Shown here one piece after another: positions 27,174 to 40,883 of a DNA stretch of 64,000 bases. Source of the stretch: Octopus vulgaris. Taxonomy: Eukaryota. Made by a program: the position numbers and the translations under genes. Position 1 is the stretch's first letter. Every line of letters begins with the position of its first letter. The DNA lies in assembly GCA_951406725.2 (NCBI GenBank), contig OX597815.1:121954001-122018000 (forward strand), written 5' to 3'. The notes below the pieces were generated by a model. It searched no databases. It was not told where the DNA came from and saw nothing but the letters and a program-made list of their open reading frames with translations.

Positions 27174-28645
27174 CATCATCATCATCATCATCATCATTTA
27201 GCGTCCGTTTTCCATGCTAGCATGGGTTGGACGGTTCAACTGGGGTCTGGGGAGCCCGAAGGCTGCACCAGGCCAGTCAGATCTGGCAGTGTTTCTACAG
27301 CTGGATGCCCTTCCTAACGCCAACCACTCCGAGAGTGTAGTGGGTGATTTTATGTGCCACCGACACAGGTGCCAGACGAGGCTGGCGAATGGCCACGCTC
27401 GGATGGTGTTTTTATGTGCCACCGACACAGGTGCCAGACGAGGCTGGCAGACGGCCACGCTCGGATGGTGTTTTTATGTGCCACCGACACAGGTGCCAGA
27501 TGAGGCTGGCGGACGGCCACGATCGGATGGTGTTTGTTACGTCCCCAAAGCACGGAGGCCAGTCTATGCGGTACTGGCTACGGCCACGTTCGGATGATTT
27601 TCTTGTGTGCCACCGGCACTGGTACCACAAAGATACAAATTCCATTGATGTTCATCTATTTTGATTTGTTTTGATTTGATTTGATTTTCACTTGCCTCAA
27701 CAGGTCTTCACAAGTGTCACAAGAAGGAAGGTATGCACAGGTGGACTGACTACGTCCCAGGTAGGGGCCACGGGTTATGGCCTGACTAGTCTTGCCGGGT
27801 CTTCGGATGGTGTTTTTATGTGCCACCGACACAGGTGCCAGATGAGGCTGGCGAACGGCCACGATCGGATGGTGTTTGTTGCGTGCCCACAGCACGGAGG
27901 CCAGTCGATGCGGTACTGGCTACGGCCACGTTCGGATGGTTTCCTTGTGTGCCACCGGCACTTTCCCACAAAGATACAAATTCCATTGATGTTCATCTAT
28001 TTTGATTTGATTTGATTTGATTTTCACTTGCCTCAACAGGTCTTCACAGGTCTTCACAAGTGTCACAAGAAGGAAGGAAGGTATGCACAGGTGGACTGAC
28101 TACGTCCCAAGTAGGGGCCACGGGTTATGGCCTGACTAGTCTTGCCGGGTCTTCGGTTGGTGTTTTTATGTGCCACCGACACAGGTGCCAGATGAGGCTG
28201 GCGGACGGCCATGGTGTTTGTTATGTGCCCACATCACAGAGGCCAGTCGATGCGGTACTGGCTACGGCCACGTTCGGATGGTTTTCTTGTGTGCCACCGG
28301 TACTGGTACCACAAAGATACAAATTCCATTGATGTTCATCTATTTTGATTTGGTTTGATTTGATTTGATTTGATTTTGATTTTCACTTGCCTCAACAGGT
28401 CTACACAAGTGTCACACACTTGCCTCAACAGGTCTTCACAAGTGTCATAAGTAGGAAGGTATGCACAGGTGGACTGACTACGTCGCCGGGTCTTCGGATG
28501 GTGTTTTTATGTGCCACCGACACAGGTGCCAGATGAGGCTGGCGAACGGCCACGATCGGATGGTTTTCTTGTGTGCCACCGGTACTGGAACCACAAAGAT
28601 ACAAATTCCATTGATGTTCATCTATTTTGATTTGGTTTGATTTTC
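27174..28645 (-). repeat. Family C retroposon with internal tandem amplification (about 57-59 bp units and about 300-370 bp higher-order units)
   Basis: ttttatgtgccaccgacacaggtgccaga...ggccacg.tcggatggtg is repeated. The block caaagatacaaattccattgatgttcatctattttgattt...cacttgcctcaacaggtc occurs 4 times. Confidence 0.9.
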
Positions 28646-28666
28646 ACTTGCCTCAACAGGTCATAG

Positions 28667-28703
<37 letters not shown>

Positions 28704-29095
28704 TATGACTTATATATATATTCACATACACACACACACATACACATTATCATCATCATCATCATCATCGTTTAACATCTGCCTTCTGTACTAGCATGGA
28801 TGGGGTGGTTTCAGAAGAGCCAGCCAGGCAGAAGTCTGCACCAGACTTCTGTGATTGTTTTAGCAGGAGTTTTGCATCTGGATGCCCTTCTGAATACCAA
28901 CCCAATGTGGACTGGGTGCTTTTAAGGGGCACTTGTATGACAGGGACACCAAGTACTTGCAAGACAACAAAAAAATATATATATACATACACACACACAC
29001 ATATATGTATGTGTATGTATATATATATATATATCTGTAAATGTAATATGTTATCTTACCGTTATGTTATTCTTTTGTTATTTTACTGTTTTTAT

Positions 29096-29134
<39 letters not shown>

Positions 29135-29298
29135 TACACACTTAAATATATATATGGTGTTAGGAAGAGCATCCAGCCATAGAAACCAAACTAAATCAGA
29201 CTGGAACCTGGTGCAGCTTCCCAGCTCTGGTCAAACTGTCCAACTGATGCCAGCATGGAAAATGGATGCTAAAGGAAGGATGATGATGATGATGATGA

Positions 29299-29336
<38 letters not shown>

Positions 29337-29340
<4 letters not shown>

Positions 29341-29552
29341 ATAAGGGAAATTATTGAAGGAACACACCTAAGCAATCAATACAAATTCCCAATGCACATG
29401 ATGCATAGTTTTCAAATATTACTTTTACATGTAATTTTGTTCACTTATTTATAAATTTTTATGTATATTTATTTCGTTGTGTGTTTTAAATTATGCTTTG
29501 GAATTTGCATTGATTGCCTAGATGTGTTCCTTCTATAATTTCCTTTATCCTT
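29337..29552. repeat. Inverted repeat (arms about 60 bp, spacer about 95 bp), MITE-like
   Basis: aaggataagggaaattattgaaggaacacacctaagcaatcaatacaaattcc matches the reverse complement of ggaatttgcattgattgcctagatgtgttccttctataatttcctttatcctt. Confidence 0.8.
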
Positions 29553-29787
29553 CGATTTAGTTCACAATGAACACTTCTTAATACAGTCCGTATATTGTGA
29601 AGTATACTTATAAACATACTTTATAAGAAAATTTAATATATATGTATGTATAACTCATGAGGGATAAACATGTCAATATCTTATGTGCAATTTTTCCATC
29701 TGTTCCTTTGTTTTCCTTTTGTGCAATTTTTTTCACTCTCTCTGTATATATGTGTGTGTGTGTATGTATGTATGTCTGTCTGTGTAC

Positions 29788-29820
<33 letters not shown>

Positions 29821-30887
29821 TGAAGATAGAGAGGGAGGGAGTGAGAGAGCAATATAGATGTGGCATAGCTGCATGGTTAAGAAGCTTGCTTTGGGAAAGT
29901 GTCTTCTACTATAGCCTTGAGCTAACCAATGCCTGTGAGTGAATTTGGTCTATGTAAACTGTGTGGACACCCATTGTAAATATATATATATATGTGTATA
30001 TAATACAAATATGTGTCTATATGTTAGTGTCTTAACACCCAGTGTTAACTTGTTTACACCCCCATAACTTAGAGATTTGCAAAATAGACTAATAGAATAA
30101 ACACTGGGGTTAATTTGTTTAAGCGTTTAAGGTAGTGCCCCTGCATATCTGAAATTTGATGACTGACTAATTAAAACACACACACACACATCTATTATAT
30201 AGGTAGTTAAGGTAAATCCTAGCTGTTTCCTCTTGAAGCCCATTTGCTTATTCCATAATTACAATCCAGTATGTAGTCTCTGTTGCAGCTATATGTTATT
30301 TCAAAATACATATCAAAATTGGGAATCCTGGAAATATATATAAATGCCTCATCCAAATGTAAAATTTGTGTTATCTAATGAATTTCTATGAAATACCTAT
30401 TTAACAAGTAAAACTTTGTAATTCTTATTAGCAAATGAAACATGTGTAATAGTGAATATATAATATCAAAAGAATTTCCAATTTCCTGCTTTTATGATAC
30501 ATGATCTAATTAAGAGGGCAAAGAATATATTTAGCATCTTTATTATTAGTTACAATTGTTTCAGTCTATTGTTTTTATGTCCAATTGTTTCCTTGCTGTC
30601 CTGGATTGGATCAGATTTCTTGAGGTAGTATTCTACAGTCAACACGTATTTTCAAATTAAGTACCTCATTGTTAAAAAGCACCATTTGAGCATGATCGTT
30701 ACCAGTGTCACCTTACTGGCACTTGCGCCAATGACACATGAAAATCATTCGAGCAAGGTCGTTGCCAGTGCCGCTGGACTGGCTCCTGTGCAGGTGGCCA
30801 TTGCCAGTACCGCCTGACTGGCCCTTGTGCCAGTGGCACATAAAAGCACCCACTACACTCTCAAAGTGGTTGGCATTAGGAAGGGCA

Positions 30888-31103
30888 GAAACGTTAGCAC
30901 GCCGGGCGAGATGCTTGGCAGTATTTTGTTTGGTGTTACATTCTGAGTTCAAATTCTGCCGAGGTGGACTTTGCCTTTCATCCTTTCGGGGTCGATAAAT
31001 TAAGTATCAGTTATGCACTGGGGTCGATGTAATCGACTTAATCCCTTTGTCTGTCCTTGTTTGTCCCCTCTATGTTTAGCCCCTTGTGGGCAATAAAGAA
31101 ATT
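30888..31103 (+). mobile_element. SINE family B nested in a family C copy
   Basis: 13-bp TSD attaggaagggca at 30875-30887 and 31104-31116. Family C sequence resumes after the insert. Confidence 0.88.
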
Positions 31104-31727
31104 ATTAGGAAGGGCATCCAGCTGTAGGAACTCTGCCAGAGCAAGATTGGAGCCTGGTGCAGCCATCTGGTTTGCTAGTCCTCAGTCAAATCGTCCAACT
31201 ATATGTATGTGTATATATATATATACACATACATATAGACACTAACACGCACACACACACACACATATGACAAGATTCCAAACAATTTACATCTATCAAA
31301 TTTTATGCACAAAGTATTGGTCAGTCTGATGCTGTAGAAGACAGTTAAGCAAGATCCTGCTCAGTGAATTTGAACCTAAAACTACATGGTTCTGAAATGT
31401 GCTACTTAACCACATGTCCATGCCTTCACATATTTTCTATGTTCAGATAAGATTCGTTTGTTTTTTGTCTGCTAATTAACTATTTCCTGATTTTAATCAT
31501 CAACTCAAAAATATGTTCTCTTTCCATTGTTCATACTTTTTTATTATCCTTGATTTCCCATCTTTCATTTTAAATGGAAATACACTCCTACACTGCTATG
31601 ACTATTTCTTGAACCACTTGTAAACTTAAAGGAACTGAACAAGCCACTCCCTCTAAGAACAACATTCAAATTTTGAACATCCTGTAAATTACACACCCAT
31701 TTCACAATGGCCAATACTCAAATTTAA

Positions 31728-31948
31728 CTCTTTTGATACTGATCCACTACTTGAGACCATCCCTTGTTCTATGATAGAAACTTCTGGTCTAAAATTATTC
31801 AAATTAAAACCTTCCATCAAAATCTCATGTTAATTTGTTCCAAGCGCTAACATAAGAAGACAAATTTATTTTACTAAATTCTTCATTATTCTCAAAATAA
31901 ATTGCAATAAAGGTAATATATTTCAACAGAAATATGGTAACAAAAGGG
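31728..31948. mobile_element. TTAA-flanked MITE (same family as 46935-47147)
   Basis: TTAA on both sides. Ends ctcttttgatac / gtaacaaaaggg. Shared core aaattaaaaccttccatcaaaat..catgttaattt. Confidence 0.85.
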
Positions 31949-32285
31949 TTAAATCTGCTAGAAAATTTAAACCAATCCACTATCCTTCTGTTGTAAAATA
32001 TTACTATTATTGTGGAGTGGTAGAGCGGTTAGAGCATCAGCAAATCTTACACTAAATTTATATTTTGTGTTCAAACTCCACTGAGGTCAACCTGGCCTTT
32101 TATCCTTTTGTGATTGGTAAAATAAACTACCACTCTATCACTTGAGTCAATTGTGTTGACTGGTTCCACTTTCCTCAATTTCCTGCCCTTGATTTCAATT
32201 AGAAATAATTATTATTAGTATCATCATTATCATTATCATCATCCTCACCATCATTGTCATCAGCATTTCAATTCATAAACATCCA

Positions 32286-32793
32286 AAGGCAGTGAGCTGG
32301 CAGAAAAGTTAACCCCTTTGTCTGTCCTTGTTTGTCTCCTCTATGTTTAGCCCCTTGTGGGCAATAAAGAAATAAGAAACATTAGCACACCAGGCAAAAT
32401 GCTTATCAGTATTTCATCTGTCTTTACGTTCTGAGTTCAAATTCCGCCGTGGTCGACTTTGCCTTTCATCCTTTTGGGGTTGATAAATTAAGTACCAGTT
32501 ACATACTGGGGTCAATCTAATCAACTGGCCCCTCTCCTAAAATTTTGGTCTTTGGGCCTTGAGTAGAAAAGTATATTTAAGGCAGTGAGCTGGCAGAAAT
32601 GTTAGCATGCCAGACGAAATGCTGCTAAGCATTTCATCTGTCTTTACATTCTGAGTTCAAATTCCATTGCAGTCAGCTTTGCCTTTCATCCTTTTGGAGT
32701 TGATAAATTATGTACCAGTTGCATACTGGATCAATCTAATCTACTGGCCCCCTCTCCCAAAATTTCGGGCCTTGTGCCTAGAGTAGAAAAGAA
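32286..32793 (+). mobile_element. Two tandem SINE family B copies
   Basis: aaggcagtgagctggcagaaa...ttctgagttcaaattcc...tttgcctttcatccttt...gagtagaaaag occurs twice. Confidence 0.9.
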
Positions 32794-32924
32794 TTCATAA
32801 ACATCCATGATTAAGCAGGCTGGTACTTATCTCAATTTTCATGATAGTAGATAAGAGACAAATCTGCTCATAGATAAGATGCCAGATAATATGTCCCCAA
32901 AGCAGAATTAAAACTAAGCACGAC

Positions 32925-33420
32925 CATCATCATCATCATCGTTTAACGTCCGCTTTCCATGCTAGCATGGGTTGGACGGTTCAACTGGGGTCTGGCAAGC
33001 CCGAAGGCTGCACCAGCCCAGTCAGATCTGGCAGTGTTTCTACAGCTGGATGCCCTTCCTAACGCCAACCACTCCAAGAGTGTAGTGGGTGATTTTATGT
33101 GCCACCGACACAGGTGCCAGACAAGTCTGGCGAACGGCCACGCTCGGATGGTATTTTTTACGTGTCACCGGCACGGAGGCCAGTCAATGCGGTACTGGCT
33201 ACGGCCATGTTCGGATGGTTTTCGTATGTGCCACCGGCACTGGTACCACAAAACTACAAATTCCATTAATGTTCATCGAGTTTGCTTTTGATTTTGTACA
33301 TTTTCACTTGCCTCAACAGGTCTTCACAAGTAGAGTTATGTGTCCCAAGAAGGAAGGTATGCATAGGTGGACTGACTACATTCCAGGTAGGGGCCATGGG
33401 TTATGGCCTCACTTGTCCAG
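32925..33420 (-). mobile_element. Family C retroposon, unamplified copy
   Basis: Colinear with 27174-27790 but has single internal units. Confidence 0.85.
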
Positions 33421-33702
33421 GTCAATTATTAATTATATGTTGTTGTTCCTTAAAGAAATGAACAATATTTACACATAGAGTTAAGGGTCTTTACTCAGAG
33501 CATATTACATAGAGTTAAAGATTCTTACTCTGAGCATATAACAAGAACTGATGACAAAATATAAATTGTTCACCTCTCAGATTACAGTTTTATACATTTT
33601 CAATTTGCTGCTTCAGAGTCTTTCTCTAGAACAGTGCTTCACAAGCTTTTTTAAACTATTGAACCTTTTCTTTAACTAATACTTTTTAAAGGTTCCTTGT
33701 TT

Positions 33703-33705
<3 letters not shown>

Positions 33706-33734
<29 letters not shown>

Positions 33735-34585
33735 TGTGTACAGTGCTCAGGTGCACTACAACTCATCTAAAGTGTATATATAATCAGGTGTAGTTTCGGC
33801 GGATTTCGGAAAGCATGAGGGCCTTAAAAGATGCAGTGTCATGGCAGTCAACAACTGACGCAGGCAGTTTATTCCATGCTTCAGCAACTCTGAGCGTGAA
33901 AAAATTTTTTCCGAAAGTCATGGGAGCTGTATTGTTTTCTGACTTTGTAGGCATGTCCACGTGTGTTAGACACATGGAGATCAAAAAGGTGTTCAGTGTT
34001 GTTGTTGGTGAGGTGGTTGCCAAACGCCGGAGCTTCAGTGAATCCATGCTCAGGGAAACAAGGCGCTCAGAATATGGTAGGTGTCTGATGGAGGGTATGC
34101 GTTTGGTTGCACGTCTCTGGACAGATTCCAGGAGGTCAATGTTCTGTGCAAGATAGGGGTTCCAAACTGATGATGCGAATTCCAAGTGTGGTCGTACCAT
34201 AGCTGTATACAGTTTTAAATAGATGGCTGGAGAGCGGCTAACAAAAGACCTGCTGAGTGATGCCAAGACACCCTCAGCCTTCCTGACAATCTTAGAGATA
34301 TGCTTTGACCAACGCAAATCACTGCTGACAGTGATGCCTAGGTCACGCTCACAAGAGGATTTCTTGATATCAGTGTTGTGGAGGGAGTATGTGAACGCAG
34401 GGTTTTTTCTCCCAAAATGCATGGTGGTACACTTGTCCACAGCCAGTTTCAGTTGCCAGTCTGTGATCCATTGCTGCATTGTGTCTAGGTCTGATTGCAG
34501 GAAAGAGTTGTAGACATCAGGATCTGTCCTCTTGATTTCAAGGTACAGCTTGATGTCGTCTGCATATTTCAATACTGTGGCATTC
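33706..34585 (-). mobile_element. 5'-truncated CR1-group LINE
   Basis: ORF 33784-34572: KYADDIKLY...LQSDLD..QWITDWQL...ERDLGI...LYTAMVRPHLEFASSVWNPY...LESVQRRATKRI...FFTLRVAEAWNKLP. (TTA)n tail at 33706-33733. Confidence 0.92.
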
Positions 34586-36899
34586 TTTAAATTGGCATCT
34601 ATGTCGTTTTAATTCAATGCTCCCCACTATCTGTAATATACATACATAAAATGTCAGGTCAGAGTAATCAAGTTCTAGGTACAAGTTTAATATGGAAGAA
34701 TACCTACCACAGTACACCCTACCATAAGTGAATACTCGACACATTTTCACTTGACCTTTGATTTTAACCCAACTGTTTACATATGGCTTCAACCATACTC
34801 ATTTATATATTCTTTGTGCTTCACAAAAACCCTGATACTTGCCAGTTGAAGTTTAGTGTTGTATCAAACTTATTGTTGAATTTTAATATATGTGCATTAG
34901 GAAGGGCATGCAGCTGTAGAAACATTGCCGGATCAGATTGGAGCCTGGTGAGATCTCCTGGCTTGCCAGTCCCCAGTCAAACCGTCCAACCCATACCAGC
35001 ATGGAAAACGGGCGTTAAACGATGATGATGATGATGATGATGTGAATGTTCATATAAACATTGAATATATATGTTCACATATACATATTGATTTCTCTAC
35101 TCAATTGTAAATTTATACATCTTTGTTGATACACATAGATAGGTTATGAGATTAACAGCTGTCACTCAAAGCTAGAATCAACATCATTCAAGCATGTACA
35201 TTGGCATATATATACACACATATGTCACATAACACTTTAAGTGCAGTGGTTGCCAACTTTCTTGCATGTCTGGAAATGCCCTAAAATTTATGCACTATCT
35301 TTTAAATTATACCTTAAGTTATGGTTTATAATCTTTGAGCATAGTTGGTACATATTTAGTTTTGTTTGCTTACTAATTTACATTTTATTTTCATTTATTT
35401 ACTAACTTACATTATGGTTGTTAATGATGTCATTGTTTTTGTTGTTGTGATTGTCATAACAAATAGTTTATCATAACATGACAATTTTTTGAAGTCAATA
35501 TTTAAATAGGAAACAAAGGCAAAAAAAGCAAAAAAACACAGATATATCTATTTCTCCTCATCACAACCTTTATCCTCAGCCCTCATATATAATTCCCTTC
35601 TCCAGGGAGCAATACTTTGAGAAGCACTGTTCCAACTGTCAAAACTTGTTGCAATTTTTACAAAGCCCTTTTCACTCCCAACACTGGAACTGTCTTGTTA
35701 CTAACACTTGTTTTCAAACCTTTAAGTGCAACTCATGTTTGAGTATTGCACTAATAAATCTAAAATAATGCTATTGTTACATAGCATATTGTACATTCTA
35801 GAATTCATCCACTCAGAAAAGTTGATTTGGTTGATTGGTAAACTTTCCAAAATGCTACAATTTGAAGTTAACAAATACATTCTTTATTTTTTCTACTTTA
35901 AACAAGGTCACTGCTCCACTAAACTTATAGGCTGTACACTACCTCTACCATGATTCCCTTATCTGCTTCTCCTCTTTTTATCCTTCCTACTGATTTGTGT
36001 TTCTACCACAGACACTAACACTTGTCTAATTATTTCTCTTCTCTCTAGAATCATAGACCTTATGTGGTTTTTCTGATAGGCATCAATCAACAGATGCTTA
36101 AACTGTACGCCAACCACCTCAGTCTTATCAGCTTTGGAGGGCTTCTAAAATCATGGGTGTTGTTCTTTCTTTTCAAATAACTATTTAAAGAAAATAAATA
36201 AAATATTATTATCACTACTTCAAACTGAATATCAATTCCACTGGCTTCATTCAATTGTCTTACTTCTCTATCCAAGTAAAACTTTATATAGTTATTCATT
36301 CAAATTTGCTATTCATTTGCTAAATTGAACGTAGCTATTTCATTTACATCTTTAAATGGATTAGAATATTTTATTGCTCTTGGAAGTTCTTACAATGAAT
36401 TATACTGCCATAAACTTTTCTTATCTATCTTATCTAGTGGGAATAATTAAATATGTAAATATTTGTGAATTAATCTGGTTTGGTTGTGACAGTCATGCTT
36501 TAGTTGCTTAGAGATAACAAATACAATTACTTTCTAGTGGTACATTGGTTTTGTTTTTCTTATGTTTATTAGTTCTTAAAACAGTTCAGTCCCACCACGT
36601 TTAGTTATTACAGACTTAACAGTTATTGTTTAATTTCAGATCAAACCTGAAAGGTAGTTCACCCATAACCATCCTTTATTTGTTTACTTTTATAATGATT
36701 TTTAGAATAACATTATCAATGTGCTATTTCTTTATTTAACATGATAAAATGTGATTTTATATAGCTCTGCTATTTTTAGCAGAGCAAGTAACCACATTCA
36801 GGCTCCCTTCTCCCTACAGCCTTCTCTGAGTGACTTCCTTTGTCAAAGTGACTGACCCTTTTATCTCTTCTTTTCATTTGCTGAATTTGTAGGTTTGGT

Positions 36900-37630
36900 T
36901 CTATTAATGTTACATTTAAATTGTTCCAGATCAGCATCAGCTGGAAAGACATGAGCAGGGAGGAAATTCCAAAGAGCTGATCTTCTGGAAGATGGGACTA
37001 GGCACAATGGTTAGTGCAGGCCCCAACAGGAGGATACAACAAAGGTGTTGACAGGTGGAAACACAAATTGGTTGGGAATACCAGAGTGGTCGAGCTATGA
37101 AACCAGCCAGCTCTGAGGAATAGAGGCCAGTAAAGTAGTGACATAAAAGACAAAGAGAAGAGACAGCACACCTATGGGCAAAAGACTAGAATGTGTCCTT
37201 TAAGATGGAGTACCAATCAGTTGAGTATCATTTCTCTGAATGTGATCCAAATGTTTGTATATATAGCAGCAGTAACATCCCAGTTGCATGAACAGTGCCT
37301 TACTTGAGCCTTGTAGAATATCTGCAGTTGTTGGGAGCTGAAATACCTTCTGACCCTGAAGAGAAGAGCTAATCTTTGGATGTTGTCTTGGTTATGCTAA
37401 TGACGTGCTTTCACCTTGGTGATAATGAGGCTCATCCTTTGGAGTGAAGGTTAGGAAAGTGCTTGCATGTGCTTAGAGGGAGTGTGAGTGTGTTTTCTTG
37501 ATATGAGCAGTATTTGTGTTCCTTTCCTGGCCCCACTGGTGAATGCTCTCAAGATCTCTGTTTATTGAACCATTGCAGGTTTGGCATGCAGTGGGTAGGA
37601 TTTGTAGATGATGCATGATCAGGAAAAAAT
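36900..37630 (-). pseudogene. Old LINE RT C-terminal remnant (CR1/Jockey-related)
   Basis: QLQIFYKAQVR and FAHRCAVSSLCLLCHYFTGLYSSELA resemble LYKAQVRP and SLSHRR.VASL..FYRY..G.CSSEL. Confidence 0.6.
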
Positions 37631-39324
37631 AGGGAAGACTGAAGAATCATGTCATCTAAATAAAAGTGAGAGGGCTTCAGCTAGAGCCAAACTCAGATTT
37701 TTTAAAAAAAAGAGGTTTTGATCAGAATTTAGCAACTTATTCTCTGTAAATGGTTGGTATTCTTGGAAGGAAAGACTGGGTAGGGTGATTAGTATTAGCC
37801 CTGGGAATAGGCTGAGCACAATAAGAGTGATGAAAGGAGGAGAGGTAAACAAAGAGGAATGCGTGAGTGGAGTATCATTATAGTAGTGGTAGAAAAAGCA
37901 GAGAAAGAAGATAGTGCACATATAAGCCAGAGGCTAGAGCATGTTTGTGACTTAATGTTGCTGCAGGAATTCTATTGTAAAATGACTTGTTCAGAGAAAT
38001 CACTAGTGCCAATGATAAAATAAACTCCCTTAATTGGCCCATAAAGAAGTTAACAACCTCTCATAATGATGATGAATATCAGCTAAAATGTTTTTCAATG
38101 TTTAGGAAACTTTCTATTTTTAGTTAATCTAATATGGTTTTCATAAATCAGTATTGATCAATGGCCTTTATATATAGTATGTAAAAATAAATTATGTTCT
38201 AAGAAAAGTTTTGGTGCAAGTTCTAACAAATTGTCACAAGGACTTTATTACATTTTGCTCAAATTGATCACAATTCCCTCTCTTCAAAATAATTATCTGA
38301 TCATTTATACTTTTACAATAATTCCATTCCTCCCTAAGAAACTTGCTTCAAACCATATCTGTTTAAATTAACATGTTTTATCAAGCAAACCTTCCTCCTG
38401 CCAACTAAACTGTCTCTTTCTCTGCTTTTAAATCTTAAACAGCATATTCAATTTTGTATAATCTTGCTTACTTGTACAACTCATTTTGTGAACTCATTCT
38501 CTTTGCAATAATCGAATTCATTTCGCAATTTCTGTTTTCTTAAAACACTTTACATAGGATCTTAAGTCATTAGAAGTGTGCACAGGGTTATACAAAATTA
38601 AATGAAAGACATTTTCCTCTGAGTTGTTTGCTCATTTATCTTCAAACTATAATTATCAATAATCAACAAGGAATTAGTGTACATGTATGTGTTTCAAATT
38701 GTACTACGTAACACTGTAATAAAGAAATGATTTGGGTATAGGGGTTAGGAAATTAATGGGAAAAAATCACATTAAGTGTTTATGGTGTATGAAAACACTT
38801 ACTTGCTGAACATTCAAGAGAAGCTATCAAATATATTAGTTTGTAATCTCAGCAAATGTGTTCCGTATTTTTTTATTTTCTAAATAGATTTGGAAACTGT
38901 TGCAAAATCTAACAAACATCAAGTCAAGAACAGCTTATATAAGTAAAATTTATATATTTTTTTTCAACCTGTGATGTTTTCTAACAACTCTTTCATTCTA
39001 GTTCTTTCCCTCTCTGATACCATCATCATCGTCATCATCGTCGTCATTGTCGTCGTCATCATCATTGTCTCATTTTAACATCTACTTCTATGGACCAAAT
39101 GACTCAGATTTTCTGTGGTTTGATTTACTTTACAAGGAGACACAAACACACACAAATCTACACTCACATTCACACACACACACACACACACGTTTTCATC
39201 GAAGACTGAAAACTACTACCACTACTTGTATGACAGTAATGCTACCACTATCATACAATGTAAAGATAAGGAGACACAATCAATCAATCATACACACACA
39301 CACAAGTTATTATTATTATTATTA

Positions 39325-39932
39325 GTTCAAATTTCACTGAGGTCGACTTTGCCTTTCATCCTTTCGGGGTTGATAAATTGAGTAGCTGTGAAACAGGGGA
39401 GTTGATGCAATCGACCAGTCCCCTCCCCTCAAATTTCAGGCCTTGTGCCTTCAGTAGAAAGGATTATTATCATTATTATCATTATTATTATTACTGAGCT
39501 GGCAGAATCGTTAGGAGGCTGGGCGAAATGCTTAGCGGTATTTCGTCTTCCGCTACGTTCTGAGTTCAAATTCCGCCGAGGTCGACTTTGCCTTTCATCC
39601 TTTTGGGGTCAATAAATTAAGTACCAGTTACGTACTGGGGTCGATCCAATCGACTGGCCCTCTCCCCCAAAATTTCAGGCCTTGTGCCTATTGTAGAAAA
39701 GATTATTATTATTGTCTGCCAGCCTCGTCTGGCACCTGTGTCGGTGGCACATAAAATCACCCACTACACTCTCGGAGTGGTTGGCGTTAGGAAGGGCATC
39801 CAGCTGTAGAAACACTGCCAGATCTGACTGGCCTGGTGCAGCCTTCGGGCTTGCCAGACCCCAGTTGAACCGTCCAACCCATGCTAGCATGGAAAGCGGA
39901 CGTTAAACGATGATGATGATGATGATGATGAT
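39325..39932 (+). mobile_element. Head-to-tail chain: two SINE B copies plus a family C 3' end
   Basis: Each element starts within the (ATT)n tail of the preceding sequence. The chain ends in (GAT)n. Confidence 0.85.
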
Positions 39933-40359
39933 TAATGCTACTATAATGGTTGCATGTCAGAAATGGAGAGACAAAGCCAGCAATCATCAGAAATGGCTGA
40001 ATGGAACAGTATGGCCTGGGTTCTTTGTATTCAGCTAATTCTGAGGGTTGTTGGATTTAATTTCTGGCCTGAAATGAATTGGTAATTTGGTCATCACGAG
40101 ACTATGATATTATATAAATAGAAAAATGGCGGCGAGCTGGCAGAATCGTCAGCACGTTGGATGAAACGCTTAGCAGTATTTTGCCCATTGCTATGTCGGA
40201 ATTCAAATTCCACCGAGATCGACTTTACCTTTCATTCTTTAGGAGACGATGAAATAAGTACCACTTCAACACTGGGCTCGATATAATTGACTCATCCCCT
40301 CCCCCAAAGGTGTTGCCTTTGTAACAAAATTTGAAACCATTATATAAATAAAAACAATA

Positions 40360-40652
40360 TATATACTCTGTTATCTGTAAGGCAGGATGTGTGTGTGTGT
40401 GTGTGTGTACGGGAATGTAGTTTATGCACATCCACCAATTAGCACGCATGTCGCTCAAATTTTAGGAGGACATTCGTCACGTCCCTAGCTGTATTTTCAT
40501 CAAATTATTTTCCCCCAAGGCACCCGCGAATAGCGGTAAATAATTTTGAGCCATAACTTCCAACAATTTTCACGGCGGAGAAATTCACCATTGTTTACTA
40601 ACCAAACATGAGTTAAGTCCCCTTCTAGCAACAGAGTAAAGAGAGGGATGGA

Positions 40653-40688
<36 letters not shown>

Positions 40689-40844
40689 AGATTTTTAAAA
40701 TTTCTTTTTAGTGAGTGATTGACAGACAGGGGTTGTTATGTATGTATGTATGTATGTGTGGATGGCTTCAGTCACACACACACAAACACACAAGCATGTA
40801 TTTGTACAAAACACATGCATGCAATGTGTGTGTGTGTGTTGCCC

Positions 40845-40883
<39 letters not shown>

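Noticed and set aside
27345-27540. CRISPR-like regularly spaced repeats
   Set aside because: Units are contiguous tandem copies with no unique spacers, there are no cas genes, and the context is a eukaryotic retroposon.
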